Shown one piece after another: positions 11,180 through 24,705 of a DNA stretch of 64,000 nucleotides. This DNA comes from Squalus acanthias (taxonomy: Eukaryota): NCBI GenBank assembly GCA_030390025.1, contig CM059432.1, forward strand, positions 135,348,001-135,412,000. Reading direction: 5' to 3'. The notes beneath the pieces are model-generated. The model had not been told where the DNA came from. It saw nothing but the letters and a program-made list of their open reading frames with translations, and made no database searches. Position numbers and translations under genes: made by a program. Each line of letters begins with the position of its first letter. Within the stretch, counting starts at the first letter, position 1.

Positions 11180-13496
11180 CTAAACAAAGATCAAAGGTCA
11201 ATCACAATTCTCCGTCCAATGCACTGAAGACTCCCACACAAAAGTCAACGGTGATACCTAAACTCAAGGTCAAATGTCAGAAAGCATATCATCCAAGTGA
11301 AGAGAACTATATGCCATGAGATAATACAAAATAAACAACTGGTGAATTTACTAAAGAGTAAGACAACACAAAACTAATATTTGACTTAAAAAAGATATAA
11401 CCAAACTATAAGAAACCCCTTGGGAATACGAAAGGAATCAATTAGCATTTGATATCAGAAGTACGACAACTTAAAATATACTTAAGAACTAAAAATAAGT
11501 TTATCCCTTTCAGACTCATTATGCTGAAACACCTGAACTAGCATTTTTACCTACAACAGAACACTCAACACTTGTCAGTTCAGAAGAAGAACAGAAAAGG
11601 AAATGTTCTCATAGATCACGTGTTAGACATAGCATGGTTTTGGTCACATTAGTGTGAATTCACAGAACATGTTTACCCAAAAACATAAGCAGGTTATTGA
11701 GTAAGATCGATTAGTAGCCTATCAAAATACCAGGACAGGGCTCAGATTTCCAATACAACAAAATGTATTTACCATAATTAAAACTGAAAAGCATGCATTA
11801 AAACCGCTTGCTACTTAACATGTCTGAGCTAATGCGATTAACTTTATGAATGGTCCACTTTATGTGTCCTTCCTCCTAAAGCAGCATTTTTGCAAACAGC
11901 AGCTAAATATGACAAGGTTAGAATTTTAAGCTTTCCTTTCTAATAATTTAATCATTCTCCAAGATCTAAAGTAGCATTTTTGTGCCACATCAATCAAGAT
12001 GAAGGTCCTTGGATCTGTATTTTTTTTTTATATATATAACTTTACTCACTGGGTAGGCATAAATAATTTTTGTACACTCATTGTCGCGTTTAAAAGTTAG
12101 TCATCAAAATCATTGTAATTACAATACTATAATTTTTTGTGGTAGAATAACTTTTGCACAGGATGTTGTCAGCTGCAAATGATTCAATACTCAAAGATTC
12201 ATTTCCAATTTGCTCCGTGAAAGGTTACTATTACAACTTGACCTGCAAATTGTATCTCTGCTAATACACTATCATTTAATTTTATGCCCCATTGTACTAA
12301 AGAGTAAAGCATGCTATATTTGGTGACTCACATCTGTTTATTATTGAAGCTCTGCTTGGTTTAACAGCCTGTCTGAATTAGCAGCTTTCACTGCAGTTAT
12401 CTTGGGCTGTTTTACCTGTCCGAAGATCCTGCATCATCCCACTTTAATCCATAATTGTCCAGTTAGCATACATAGGACATAGAACATTTAACTCAACATT
12501 TACCAAAACGACCATATTTACAGGGATATAGGGAACAATGAGATTTTACTTGGGAGCAATATGGTTTTAAACTAATCGCAGTAAATCTAATCTACTCTTT
12601 TTGCTGAAATGAAACAACGAAATATCACTAATGAATTTTAATTTATATCATAAGAATTTATAAATGTGCACTATTTCTAAACATAAGTTACCTTAGCAGA
12701 AATATAGACTGTACAAATGACTGGAATTAATTAATATACACACGAAACAAAATTAGACTTGGTACTTAACAATTAATCAAACTTCAAACTCAAATCACAC
12801 AGTAAAATATATATACATATATGTAATATTCATTTTAAACAAGACAAGATAGTTAATTATTTCACAAATTAGTATAGATTGCTGATCAAAGTTTGGCAAT
12901 TTTCATTTACATCAAATAAGCTAGTCAAGAACAGCACAATTCATACAATATGATACCATATTCATTCCTTTAATATTTTATTTAATTTTCTTCTTGGGGT
13001 GTGGGTGACAGTATTTAGTGTCCATCGCCCTGAGGGACTGGAATCACATCTAGGATAGACCAGATAGAAATGGCAGGTCCCTGACAGAAGGGCATTAATG
13101 AACAAGTTGGGCATTTACAACAACCCATCAGCCTTTGTGGTCATTTTCCCTGGTATTAGCTCATCAATTACCAGATTTACTTTATTCAATTGCACAACTT
13201 GCCAAGTTGGGATTTTTGAACTCTAGCCTGGTACCATAACCACTAGGCTATTGTACCCTGGCGGGTTTCCATGGCATCATTAGTGATAAGTCAGAGAATG
13301 TAGTGTTTTATAATGACAGGCACATTATAACAAGAAACATATAATATAGTTGATCTCCAATGGCAATAATAATTGTATCTTCCAAGAACAGTTTCGCTGC
13401 TGCTTTGACACTCAGCAATTTGTTTTTGTATGCTCTCACTTTTGTTTGCCATCCGCTCTTTTCCCTTTTGTATAGCTGTCACATACTTTTCTTACT

Positions 13497-14035
13497 GTAA
13501 GAACATAAGAATTAGGAGCAGGAGTAGGCCATTCGGCCCTTCGAGCCTGCTCCAACTTTCAATACGATCATGGCTGATCTACGACCTCAACTCCACCTTC
13601 CTGCACTATCCCCATATCCCTTGATTTCCTTAATAGCCAACAATCTATCTATCTTTGCCTTGAATATACTCAATGACCGAGCATCCACAGCCCTCTGGGG
13701 TACAGAATTCCAAAGATTCACAACCTTTTGAGTGAAGAGATTTCTCATCTCAGTCCTAAATGGCCGACCCCTTACTCGGAGACTGTAAGCCCCAGTTCCA
13801 GACTCCCCAGCCAGGGGAAACATCCTCTCAGCATCTACCCTGTCAAGCCCTGTAAGAATTTTATGTGTTTCAATGAGATCACCTCTCATTCTTCTAAATT
13901 CTAGGGAATATAGGCCTAGTCTACTCAATCTCTCCTCATAGGATAATCCCCCCCACCCCCCCCCACATCCCAGGAATCAGTCTGGTGAACCTTCGTTGCA
14001 CTCCCTCTAAGGCAAGTAAGGTAAGGAGACCAATA
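13497..14035 (-). mobile_element. CR1 LINE 3' fragment
   Basis: ORF 13587..13928 LGLYSLEFRRMRGDLIETHKIL. Confidence 0.9.
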
Positions 14036-14786
14036 CTATACTTCTTTCATTGATGTAGTGAACTTGTAAGTCTTGTCTTTGTTAAAGCCAAAGGATGTGC
14101 AGGAAGATGCCAGCCAACATCGACTGTTGGAGGTGGGTACCAGGATCGGATGGGTGAAGTTCTCTGGAAGATGGTACAACACAGAGACAGAGAATTTGGA
14201 GAGAAGATGATTGAGATGGAGACTCAGGGTGGGAGGGAAGAACTCAAGTGACTAGGTGGCCTGAAGGGAAGGAAGAAAGAATTAGAGAAAATGTTTTGTG
14301 GTGTGAGTGTAAGAATAAAAATATATGTTTTGTATGTGTGATGGACTCGAAACTATTAATATAAGATGTATGTAATAAAGATTAATTTAATGTGTATGGA
14401 TCTCCCCTAGGTCAAGGCAACGGCGCGAAACTTAACAAAGGAAACCTGCATAACAGGATAACTCCCATCGAAAACCCATCGAAACTCAAGAGCCATTAAA
14501 AGGTGTTAACAAACAATTAACTTAATCAAGAAATGGCACCAGCCACTGCAGACAGACACATGTTCAAAGGAAAGCCAATCAAGAACTGCCATGAAACTAA
14601 GACCCAATCCTGGGGTCTCAGCAATTTAGACTAGAGACAATGGATTTGAAAAGATATAAAACAAGGAACCCCAAAGGCTCTTGGTCTCTCTCTGGATGTG
14701 ATGTGGAGATGCCGGCGTTGGACTGGGGTGGACAAAAATGAGAAGTCGCACAACACCAGGTTATAGTCCAACAGATTTATTTAATT

Positions 14787-14825
14787 TTACAAGCTTTCGA
14801 AGCAGTTCGCTCCTTCGTCAGGTAA
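14787..14825 (-). ncRNA. Minimal hammerhead motif (family A)
   Basis: UUAC-CUGACGA-A-GGAGC(GAACU)GCUUC-GAAAGCUU-GUAA. Confidence 0.78.
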
Positions 14826-15751
14826 GTTAGCAATGAGAGAATCTCCCAGAATTCACAATTTAAACCCAGACAAAATCTATTCACATTATTCCCTACAACA
14901 AAGAGCACAGCCAAGACAATGAGATGTGTCCCAGGGGGTCCAACGTGTCAAACCACCTGCTGGCTGCATATCCTGTCAATTTGTGTTCTTGTGTTAGACT
15001 TTTTTTTTAAAAAAAACCCCTGGGAAGACCGGCCATGATGTCAAGTCACGTTCTGTATCGTGACATGAACCCGATATCGCGATTGAGGCCATCCTCATGA
15101 GTGCGGAACTTGGCTATCAGTTTCTGCTCTATGATTTTGCGCTGTCGTGTATCTCGAAGGCCGCCTTGGAGAACGCTTACCCGCAGATCAGAGGCTGAAT
15201 GCCCCTGGCTGCTGAAGTGTTCCCCGTTGTCTACCTGATACGTTGCAGTAAAGGATGCTCCAGAGCATGGTACATCGGCGAGACCATGCAGACACTGAGA
15301 CAACGTATGAACGGACACCGCGCAACAATCGCCAGGCAGGAGGGTTGCCTCCCAGTCGGGGAACACTTCAGCAGCCAGGGGCATTCAGCCTCGGATCTGC
15401 GGGTAAGCGTTCTCCAAGGCGGCCTTCGAGATACACGACAGCGCAAAATCATAGAGCAGAAACTGATAGCCAAGTTCCGCACTCATGAGGATGGCCTCAA
15501 TCGCGATATCGGGTTCATGTCACGATACAGAACGTGACTTGACATCATGGCCGGTCTTCCCAGGGTTTTTTTTTAAAGTCTAACACAAGAACACAAATTG
15601 ACAGGATATGCAGCCAGCAGGTGGTTTGACACGTTGGACCCCCTGGGACACATCTCATTGTCTTGGCTGTGCTCTTTGTTGTAGGGAATAATGTGAATAG
15701 ATTTTGTCTGGGTTTAAATTGTGAATTCTGGGAGATTCTCTCATTGCTAAC

Positions 15752-15790
15752 TTACCTGACGAAGGAGCGAACTGCTTCGAAAGCTTGTAA
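15752..15790 (+). ncRNA. Minimal hammerhead motif (family A)
   Basis: Same sequence as 14787-14825 on the opposite strand. Confidence 0.78.
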
Positions 15791-16679
15791 AATTAAATAA
15801 ATCTGTTGGACTATAACCTGGTGTTGTGCGACTTCTCATTTCTCTCTGGATGACCATGCGAAAAAGCAGGTAGCCCTCCCTCTACAGACCGGACCAAGAA
15901 GCAAGGAAAAAGGCCTTGACTCAGGGAAGTACAAGTCTGTTTAAATCTAACCTATTACCTTACCTGTTGTAATCGAGTAGAGTCCATAGATACCAGTAGG
16001 CTATTGTTTTGATGTGCATGAGTGTGTGTGTTTAATAAACTTATTCCAAATTGTTTCAAAAGAATTGATCTTGCTGTCAATTTAATGCCACTCAAAATAA
16101 AAAGCTTACATGAGACAGAAGGCTTATTTGCAGTGTGCTCTGGATTATTTTCTTAATAAATATGTTGCTACTCCAACAAGTAAAAATCACTACTTGATCT
16201 GGTTCTGGGTATGTCCAGAGCAATTTGGTGACCTAAAAGTAGGGGATTATGTGCGAAAGTGACCATAATATAATCACATTCACTGCATGAACAGAAAAAG
16301 GAAAAGAAAAATCAAGGACAAGGATGCTTGAATGGAGAAAAACAATTTATAAGATGACAAAGAGCAGCATTATCCTGATTAAATGGAGGGAGAAATAGGC
16401 AAACAGAACCACAGATCAGTAATGTAAAGTATTTAAACAGATAATGAAAAGGATACAAATCAAATACATGTGGGCTTTAAGGAAGGTCTTAAAGGAGGGG
16501 GGGGGGGGGGGGGGAAAGGGGGTTATGGAGGGAATTCCAGAGTGTGGGGCCTAGTTGGCAGAAGGCATAGTTGCCAATGGTGGGGTGAAGGGATGGGAAG
16601 ATTCACAAAAGGCCAGAGCAGAGGAACAGAGTTTGGGTGGATGGGTGGGGAAGGCAGTTTCTTGGACTAGAAAGATGTG

Positions 16680-17635
16680 CTGAGTGGTGTTTTACGGGAG
16701 TGTGTATTGGGGCTGCTCTTATTTATTATGTATATACACACATGATCTGGACTTCAGATTTGAGGGAATATAGCTAAATTTGCTGATGACACCAAATTGG
16801 GGATTTGGAAACTGGCACGAATTGTGAAAAACCACCTGAAGAGGGGCAAGAAAACATGAACGAACAGATCAGTGGCAGATGTAGTTCAATCTAGAGAAAT
16901 ATGAAGCAATAAATTTTGGAAGTAATAGGGAAAGAAGAAATACACTGTAATTGGCTAGAAAGTAGCGGAGCAGAGGGACCTTGTATGCAAATATACAGGT
17001 CTTTAATACTAGCAACACAAGTTGATATATCCCCAAAAAGGGTTTTGTAACTAGAGGCACAAATTACAAAAGCAAGGGGGTAATATTAAACTTGTCCAAG
17101 GCCTACATTAGGCTTCAATGGGAGTATTATTTACAGTTCTAGGTATCCCATTATAGGAAGGATATAAAGCAATGGAAAAGGTGCAGTGCAGATTCACCAT
17201 GACGTTACCTGGAAGTGGGAGTAGTTATTATGACAGTTGAAAAGCCAAGACTTTGTTTTCCCCCCACTGCAGAGGTGGTGAACTGATGGAGGTGTTCAAG
17301 AAAAGGAAGGGTAATAAGATAAATAGTGATCGATTATTTTCACTGATTTATGAGATGGTAATGAAAAGACACAAATTTAACAATCGCAAAGAGAATTAAA
17401 AGGGAGGTTAGAAAAAGATTTCCTTAGAGTGGCTAAAATTGTGAATTCTTTGCTATTAAGTATTTTTATGAATATTACTTTAATAGTTAGAGGAATTAGA
17501 TTATTGCTTGAAAAAGAGGAATATCAAAAGGTATGGGGAGCAAGCAGGAGAGTGATATTAGACTTACATGGAGAAAAACCATTTGGATTTGATGCGCCAA
17601 ATGGTCAGTCTCTACTGTAATATTTTATGATTCTA
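16680..17635 (+). mobile_element. Old, degenerate CR1 fragment
   Basis: Remnant of KFADDTKLG (aaatttgctgatgacaccaaattggg) and downstream CR1 motifs. Confidence 0.7.
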
Positions 17636-19464
17636 ATGACATTTGGGAGCCAATCAAAATGTGTGTTAAGGGAGTAATGTCCTGTAAAAGGAATGATTTT
17701 TGTGCTTTCTCTATTATTGAGGCAGTCAGAAGCGGCACCATTTATATAAAGTCATGGAAACGGGTCTAGCATATCTCAGAGATGATACAGCGATCTATAT
17801 TGGGGCGCTGTTGTGGAATTGTATACTGCATACATTTAGGTGAGCTATTTTTTATTCTCGACACTTAGTCAACCCTCTATATACTGCTTAAGATTAGCAC
17901 TAAACAGGAGTAAATTATTAGGGGTGAAATTCTTTTGAAGCTTTTTTTTTTAAGCCACAGCCTAGTAACCATGCATGAAGAGTGGCCCTTAACTTTGTTG
18001 GGAATATCCTTCCCTGCCAACTGGTAGTAGTCTAAATATAGTCCGATAACGAAGCACCGATGTCCAGTCCTTGCTGCGATCGCATGGGGCAACAAAACGG
18101 TGGTTGGAACTCGGCCATCTGTACTTTCAATAAGAAATACTCGGGGATAAGGTGATTACAAAGCCTTAGTGTGAAACATTCCTTTGAATTGAGATCATTA
18201 TTTGCCATTACCCAAATTCTTGTTAGGTTTTACCTTCAAAGACGCATTTTTAAAACAAACAGGTACGTATGTGGCAAAGGATTAAAGGCATACTGACGTG
18301 TAAACATGAGATGAGATCAATGGTAAACATGACTTTTGAAGATGTTATGTGAACAACTGTTATTTGGTAACAAAACAATTATTTTTTAAAACACAAGTTC
18401 CATTTCCCTTTGTTTCCAATTTTTATAAATTTGTTTACCTAAATATATGCAAGCATAATAGAAATGCCCTCTAACAATTATACATAGAAACCTCATTGTA
18501 TGTTTTATCTTTGCTGTATCTGGTGACCTCTGGCAAACCAGTGAGGTAGATCATTACCTTTTATTTAGAGATCATATATAAACTGTGCCAATTTCATCAT
18601 GTTTATTGTCATTTCTCATGACTGCAGCTTTTAGAATTCTATTAAAATTTGTTGTAGCTAAGTAACGTGTTCATATATTGACACACAATAAGTTAAAGAA
18701 AATTACTTTTGACTTTTATTTCACTTTAATCCCTAATCCCCTCTGTAACTAGTGTCTTAGCTGTGGATTTCCTATAGGACATCAACGGCAATGGGGCTCT
18801 GTGTTGAATTGACAGGAGACGTGCTTGATATGGAGCTCAGATGACTCATGTAAGTTTGTTCCAGTTATGAGGCACTCCATCTGCTGGCTTGACTTAGAAC
18901 AATGAAACGTCACAAGTGTCGGTGGTGGCTTCAAATTTCAGTCAGCTCTGGGAAACGACGTGACAACAGTCTGAAAATGAGCTTTAAACACTATGCAGCA
19001 GAGTTAACAAGGCAATTTTATTTCCTCACATAGCAAGCCGCCTTCATGAGACCCTTACATTAGAACAGTTCAGTTTTCCACAAAATATTAAATCTTTCAC
19101 TCAAATGCCAATTGATCGGTTGGGCATTGTGAATATTTGATTCTCTCTCCCAGATATTTATTAGGAATAAATCCCCAGTGAGCCTACTTCAAACCCACTA
19201 TTATATTTGTAATACTTAGCAGAAAGAGTACAGTCAATTCTGGTTCAATTGTTAGAGAAAAAATTAAACTGAAAAATTTAACATGATTAACCATATTAAT
19301 AAAATGAAGACAAGAACATCAGTAAATTAGTTTTTCTCCACCTAGTTAATTTTGGCCCTCCCAACCTGAAAGCATGAACTGCTGCTTTTGGAACTGCTTA
19401 TCCTATGCTATCTTGCTCAACTAACCATTAAACATGTGTGAACCTCAACAGTAAGTTTTGGCAG

Positions 19465-19745
19465 GCTAAATGGCCGTGCACAGTCATCACAGCCGAACCA
19501 GATCACTTCTTCCCCCAACCTCCACCTGAGCACTTCCGACAGGTTTCACTGGATAGCGATCAAGATTGGGAACCCTGGTCAATCCTCAACTCCCGAATGC
19601 ACAGGTACTGAGGCCAAGTGTAGCACTCCCTGCCCCTGCTCAGGTTGCGATCAGCTAATTCAGCACAGATCAGGGAATCAGACCCGAGACTTTCGCCGTT
19701 TGTCTGGTCCAGCTATTCACTGGATAAACTCACTGAGCTATTGTT
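19465..19745 (-). mobile_element. Old tRNA-derived SINE; probable relatives at about 6390-6600, 35170-35500, 57430-57850
   Basis: Shared motifs (cactggatagcgatca, gatcagctaa, cactgagc); family not named. Confidence 0.45.
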
Positions 19746-22700
19746 GGCCCCACAAATTCATTTTACAATAATGATTCCCAGCAGCATAGCCAGCATCTTC
19801 ACCACCCACTTTCCAAGAACTGCCCAGCATTCCTTAAAACATTGCTTCGTAAATTATATGTAAAGTGCTGCTACTTCATTGTAATTCTACACAACTCTTC
19901 TTAGTGCTACAAGATTTAAAATCAATAACAGAGTAAGGTGAGTTGTTACTCCAATATCGAAGTGAAAGAAAATGCAAAAAAATTCCAGCCAACCATCAGA
20001 TACAGTCTTGAATATAAATAACATGGTACATATTATAAAATATATTGTAAAAAAAATCAATTCCAAATGTAATTTGGAAGGCGAATTTCAAATAATTAAG
20101 AGTGAAATTACTTAAGTTATTTAAGTGGGTTGAAACATTTGCATAAAAGTTTTCAAAACAACCCAATATGTATTATCTGTTAACTACTTGTAGAATATTT
20201 TGCTTGTTACATACAATATGGAAATCATAATTTAAGGTTAACAGTTGCTCACTCAAGCAATGTTTAAAATAAATGATACATATTTTCCAGATACCAGTTG
20301 GCATTTAAACTTTCAGGTTCTTGACATCTGCAACATTAGCTTCAACATCAAAAAGGTGAATTGTCTTAACTCATTAATTACTCAACATTTCACAGCCGTT
20401 CCTGTTCCCCGGAAGACACTAGATGGCGACTTTATTGCAGCTCTGCAAAATCAGTTTAGGTTGTTCCAAAGAACAGAAAAGTGGTAGTAGGTGCTGAATG
20501 ATTTATTAAAAATATTCTAAATCCATTACAATATGGAACATAACTAAAATTCATATTTTTGTCAGAATCAATAACTCACGGTGCTAGGATAACAAATTAA
20601 AGTCTAAGTGAAATATATATTAAGAGGCAAATGTTAAGGCGGTTATGCATCTACTTTGGTACACAGTTGTAAAACATATACAACATTTAAATCCTTATTT
20701 AAAACTAATATTGGGGCTATTGACAATTCAAACCATTGTGTAGTGCCTGTGTCCCTTTTCAATTTTGTGCCAACTAACCTTGTGTGGGCACAGGGACAAA
20801 AAATGTTTTTCAATAATTCATTCATTTTATGCAAAGATGTCATGAGAAAACAGCTGTGCTTGATTTAAATTTTACACCAGTAATTATTACTGAAAGATGA
20901 ATTCAACGTTATTTTATTACAAGTACCAGATCAAATATCAATTCCAAGATATTTTGTGACAAAAAATTAACAAAAATTAATAAAACAGTTGCATTACCAC
21001 CTCTTTAGTTACAAGGAGCCTGAATACTTTGATGATTTACAGTTAAATACTGCTCTTACAGCAAAAGGGCAGCAGTATATTAGTTTTAACATGAACCCTG
21101 TGCCAGCTATTGTTCGAGTAGCTAAAATCAATCACTGATGGATAAGTACATTTTTCAGTTGTAAAATTGGTACAGAAAATTATTTAAGTCATTATTCTTT
21201 GAGTCAAAAATATTGCGCTTTTGACAACATTACAAAACATATGGGGATACAAACGTGTTTATTAGAATTAGCTTTTTTCAAAAAGGCTACAGCGTTATAG
21301 AAAGTCAGTTCAACATTTATTTTCCTGGGATATTAGATGCAGTTATGCAATTGGCCATGATTTCTGAGTTACAAATACATTAACAAAAAACAAGTGACTA
21401 TTCTTGTTTCCGTTATCACTATATGTATTAAATAAAGTACACCCCATACTGAAGAGCAACTTCATTTTGATGTGTGTAAACTGTACCATTATACTTTTTA
21501 AAAAAACCAGAATCCATGTTCTTATTCATAGAACCATGCAAACAATAGCCATTGCTAAAATTGCTAGCTCATCACAAATATCTTGACCATTATGTACACA
21601 CAATTTACATTTTTTTTAAATCACATGCTTTTTCTTAAATCTAACAACTCATCTAAGTTATTGGCAACATGGAAAACCTTATATCACTCCTCATAAAATA
21701 AATAGCTAGTTTATGAGAATAACCAGTCATTAAAGACCATGACCAATCATTCCCCTCTGACCAAAAAGGTTCAAAGGTCTTCAGAGGCACTGTTCAAAGC
21801 ATGCCCTTGTATTACTGGGCTTGTGACCTTTGCACTTCATCAGCCTATCCACTTAGTTTATCTCCTTTTATGCTTGTCCTTTACATTAGGTCAGTGTACC
21901 TTTCTCTAGCTAAAGAAAATGATGGATTCTGCTCAATGGGTATATACTTAAGACCATCAAGCTTGACTATAATATTGTTTTGTCAATGCCTATGGTAGCT
22001 TATTTGGAGACACTGCGTGCTCAATTCGAAACACCGTACCACTACAGCTCCTGCGCTCACACAACAAAATGAAATATTGATCACTTATCAGAAATACAAA
22101 GCACAGCAAGATTTTACATTAGGAATAAGACAAACATAAGCTAGGCCAGAGATGTGACTCTAAATTCATAAATTACATAATGAGTGCATTAAACTAATTT
22201 CTATAGTCTGTGCTGAAAACATTATTTTTGTTGAAACAATAAGCACATAAGCTTCAAATTATAAAATGTAGTATTCATGTACACTGTCGATTTTTGCTTG
22301 CATAATCTAAACTAATAGAAGGTTTATATTGATAGGCAAACATTTGTAGCTCTGGTCTTTATGACTGTTAATGTTAGAACGTAAAATGCAAATGAGAAAA
22401 AAACTGTACAAGAATAAAATCTTTGTAATTTTATCCTTATGCACAGGTTGAAATAAAAACGAGTGTTCTATGTTGATAGATCACAGTTTTCATGCTTATT
22501 CTTATAACAATGCAGTTAGGTTGTTAGTGTTAAAATGACATTTTCGTACTCGTGGGTTTTCACATGATAACTGAGGTTTCAAAACAAAAAGGTCATAAGT
22601 ATTCTGGAACAAGTTAAAATTGATGTCAAAGCTGAAATCTAGAATTGCACACAAATCCTAGCATCCTTCTAACCTACAGCTCATAAATCATAACAGTATT

Positions 22701-23340
22701 ATACACATGGGGGCCATCACATATATTGCTTGTAATAATGTTAATCTGGCTTGCACCTTTACTCCCGCTACATTAAGTTTGATCTTTTCTATATGTCTCC
22801 TGTCTGCAATAGGCCTCAAACTTAACCCCATTTCCGACTTGGCTGTTCTTGCTCCCTGCAGTGGCAAGAAATTCTCTCAATTGAAATTTTCAGTAAGTAG
22901 TTATCACTGCTGGACAAGTCTCATTAAGAAACTGCTTACTGACAGAAATCTCATCCTGTCGTTCAGTGTGATCTTGGGACAGAGTAAGAGGGAAGAATAT
23001 GGTTTAAAAAAAATAAAGAGGATACAAACTAAAGCATAAAAGAATATTGAAATTTAAATGTTTTACAGCTGGAAAAACAAAAGATTAAATAAAAGAGAAA
23101 AGGAAAACCTAATTAAAATGACCAGGAAAATGGAAGCGAAAATAAATGAGAAAAGTACAAATAAAAAACCACGTGAAGGAAACACTAGAAAAAAAAGAAT
23201 GAAAGCAGGAGAGTTAAGAAAAAGCCAATCGTTATGTAGGTTTTACAGTTTGTGATTCAAGGAGCAAAAGGCACAGGTACAATTTATTTAGGACAAGCTA
23301 TCTTTTTTCCTTCAAGGGGCATAATTTAAAATTATTGCTA

Positions 23341-23635
23341 GGGAGTGCTGCACCGTCGGAGGTGCCATCTTTCAGATGAGACGTTAAACGGAGGCCCCGT
23401 CTGCCCGCTCAGATGGACGTAAAAGATCCCATGGCACTATTTCAAAGAGGAGCAGGGGGCGTTATCCCAACATTACTAAAAAAAAAAATTGCTGTTTGTG
23501 GGACCTTGCTGTGCGCAAATTGGCTGCCGCATTTCCTACATTACAACAGTGATTACACTTCAAAAAGTACTTCATTGGCTGTAAAGCGCTTTGGGATGTC
23601 CCGTGGTCGTGGAAGCTGCTTTATAAAACGCAAAT
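23341..23635 (+). mobile_element. Deu-domain SINE (SacSINE1-like), partial; relatives at about 29150-29310(-), 31060-31435(+), 39150-39535(+), 40620-41115(-)
   Basis: ggaggtgccatctttcagatgagacgttaaac...gtaaaagatcccatggcactatt core and L2-like tail shared among the copies. Confidence 0.75.
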
Positions 23636-24447
23636 CAGTCTGTCTTTCACAAAAATACCAAAACTTAAAATGCATGGAACATATAATTCAAACTTACACT
23701 GCAACAAAGTAACAAAGCTTTGCCTGACTTAAAAAGTGACAGGCAAATCAAAATGTAAATTTATGCCAACCAAAAGGTATTGTGCATAAACCTACGGCTA
23801 GGTTTACAATCCTGAAAGGATTTAGTTGCACCTCAGGCTCATGCAGATTGTTAGTTGTTCTTCAGTCAACACTGAAAATAAAATGGGTGCCAATGGTTTC
23901 TCTGTTAAGAGATAATATTGCTTACTTAGAAAACCCTCATTCGGCCAACACTGAATGATTTAAAAAGGAGACATCAATTGAACAATTTTGCTAAATAAAG
24001 CTCCAGGGCACAATAGTGAAAGCAGTTTTTTCAATAAATATGCTTTTAGAATGGTGCTTCAGTGATTGCGGAACACTGGCATCATCTATCATTCGAAGTA
24101 CAAAAATATTCAATAAGTTAAACAATGATCCACTTAGATTTTTTCCCCTTGGACTTCAAAGCATGTAATTTCAGTTTACACTGCATCAATATGGGTCCTT
24201 AAAATTATGAAACGGCCTTTTTTTGTTTCTCCTTTGAACCCACCGAGAAAACACATTGCAAATGCCTGCAGTATGTAATCCGATCATAATTTAATTCAAT
24301 TTGGTTACTATCTTAACAAAAAAGACAAGGCCTGCAGTAGTGAACAATGCAGATCCATTCAAATATTTTAAATTGCAGACATTTGCAATATCACACAATT
24401 TTCCCAACTTCATAAATATAAATGATCTAAGTAATGTAGAAACTGAC

Positions 24448-24705
24448 CTCATCGGGACTGGAGGCTTGGTACGTGCGGTTTTCATCGCTGAAATCCTGGT
24501 CAGCCTCAGCATATTCTGTTTCTCCATTCACCCCGGCACGTGATTCGTAGACAGGTGTAACATTGTGACACAGAGCAATGGCTTTTACAGCTTCATGTAT
24601 GCGACTGTGGACAGACTTGCGAACTTTTGGAGCAGATGAAGTGGTTTTGCTAGATGGGGTAGTACTGGCACTACTTCCTGTCGAATGACTGTGTGAACTA
24701 GTTCC
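24448..24705 (-). CDS. ATP9B: ATP9B exon ([10 protein letters not shown]...[32 protein letters not shown]...YQASSPDE), N domain
   Basis: Within ORF 24427..24735; donor GAG|gtcagt; the phase-0 acceptor following the pyrimidine tract is ctccttaag|GGA (AAG type, so the 5' boundary is less certain); 258 bp. Confidence 0.92.

Larger units (their letters stand above)
14699..15840. mobile_element. Penelope-like family A inverted (palindromic) insertion with 12-bp TSD
   Basis: Minus arm 14699-15226 and plus arm 15226-15840; both encode the GIY-YIG C-terminus (plus arm VVYLIRCSKGCSRAWYIGET...GLN); TSD tctctctggatg at 14687-14698 and 15841-15852. Confidence 0.93.
14308..16110 (+). mobile_element. Solo LTR (about 650 bp once the Penelope insert is removed), 4-bp TSD
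   Basis: Termini TGTAAG...CTTACA; tgag on both sides (14304-14307, 16111-16114); TATAAAA at 14655-14661, AATAAA at 16034-16039. ERV versus Gypsy not determined. Confidence 0.8.

Noticed and set aside
15046..15537. Twin 112-aa ORFs on opposite strands with identical C-termini
   Set aside because: A by-product of the inverted Penelope insertion; the N-termini are read through the inversion junction, so these are not genes.
14736..15841. Palindrome as an assembly or fold-back chimera artefact
   Set aside because: Considered unlikely: it has a clean 12-bp TSD, the arms differ at a few sites, and the host LTR continues on both sides. Read-level confirmation is still advisable.
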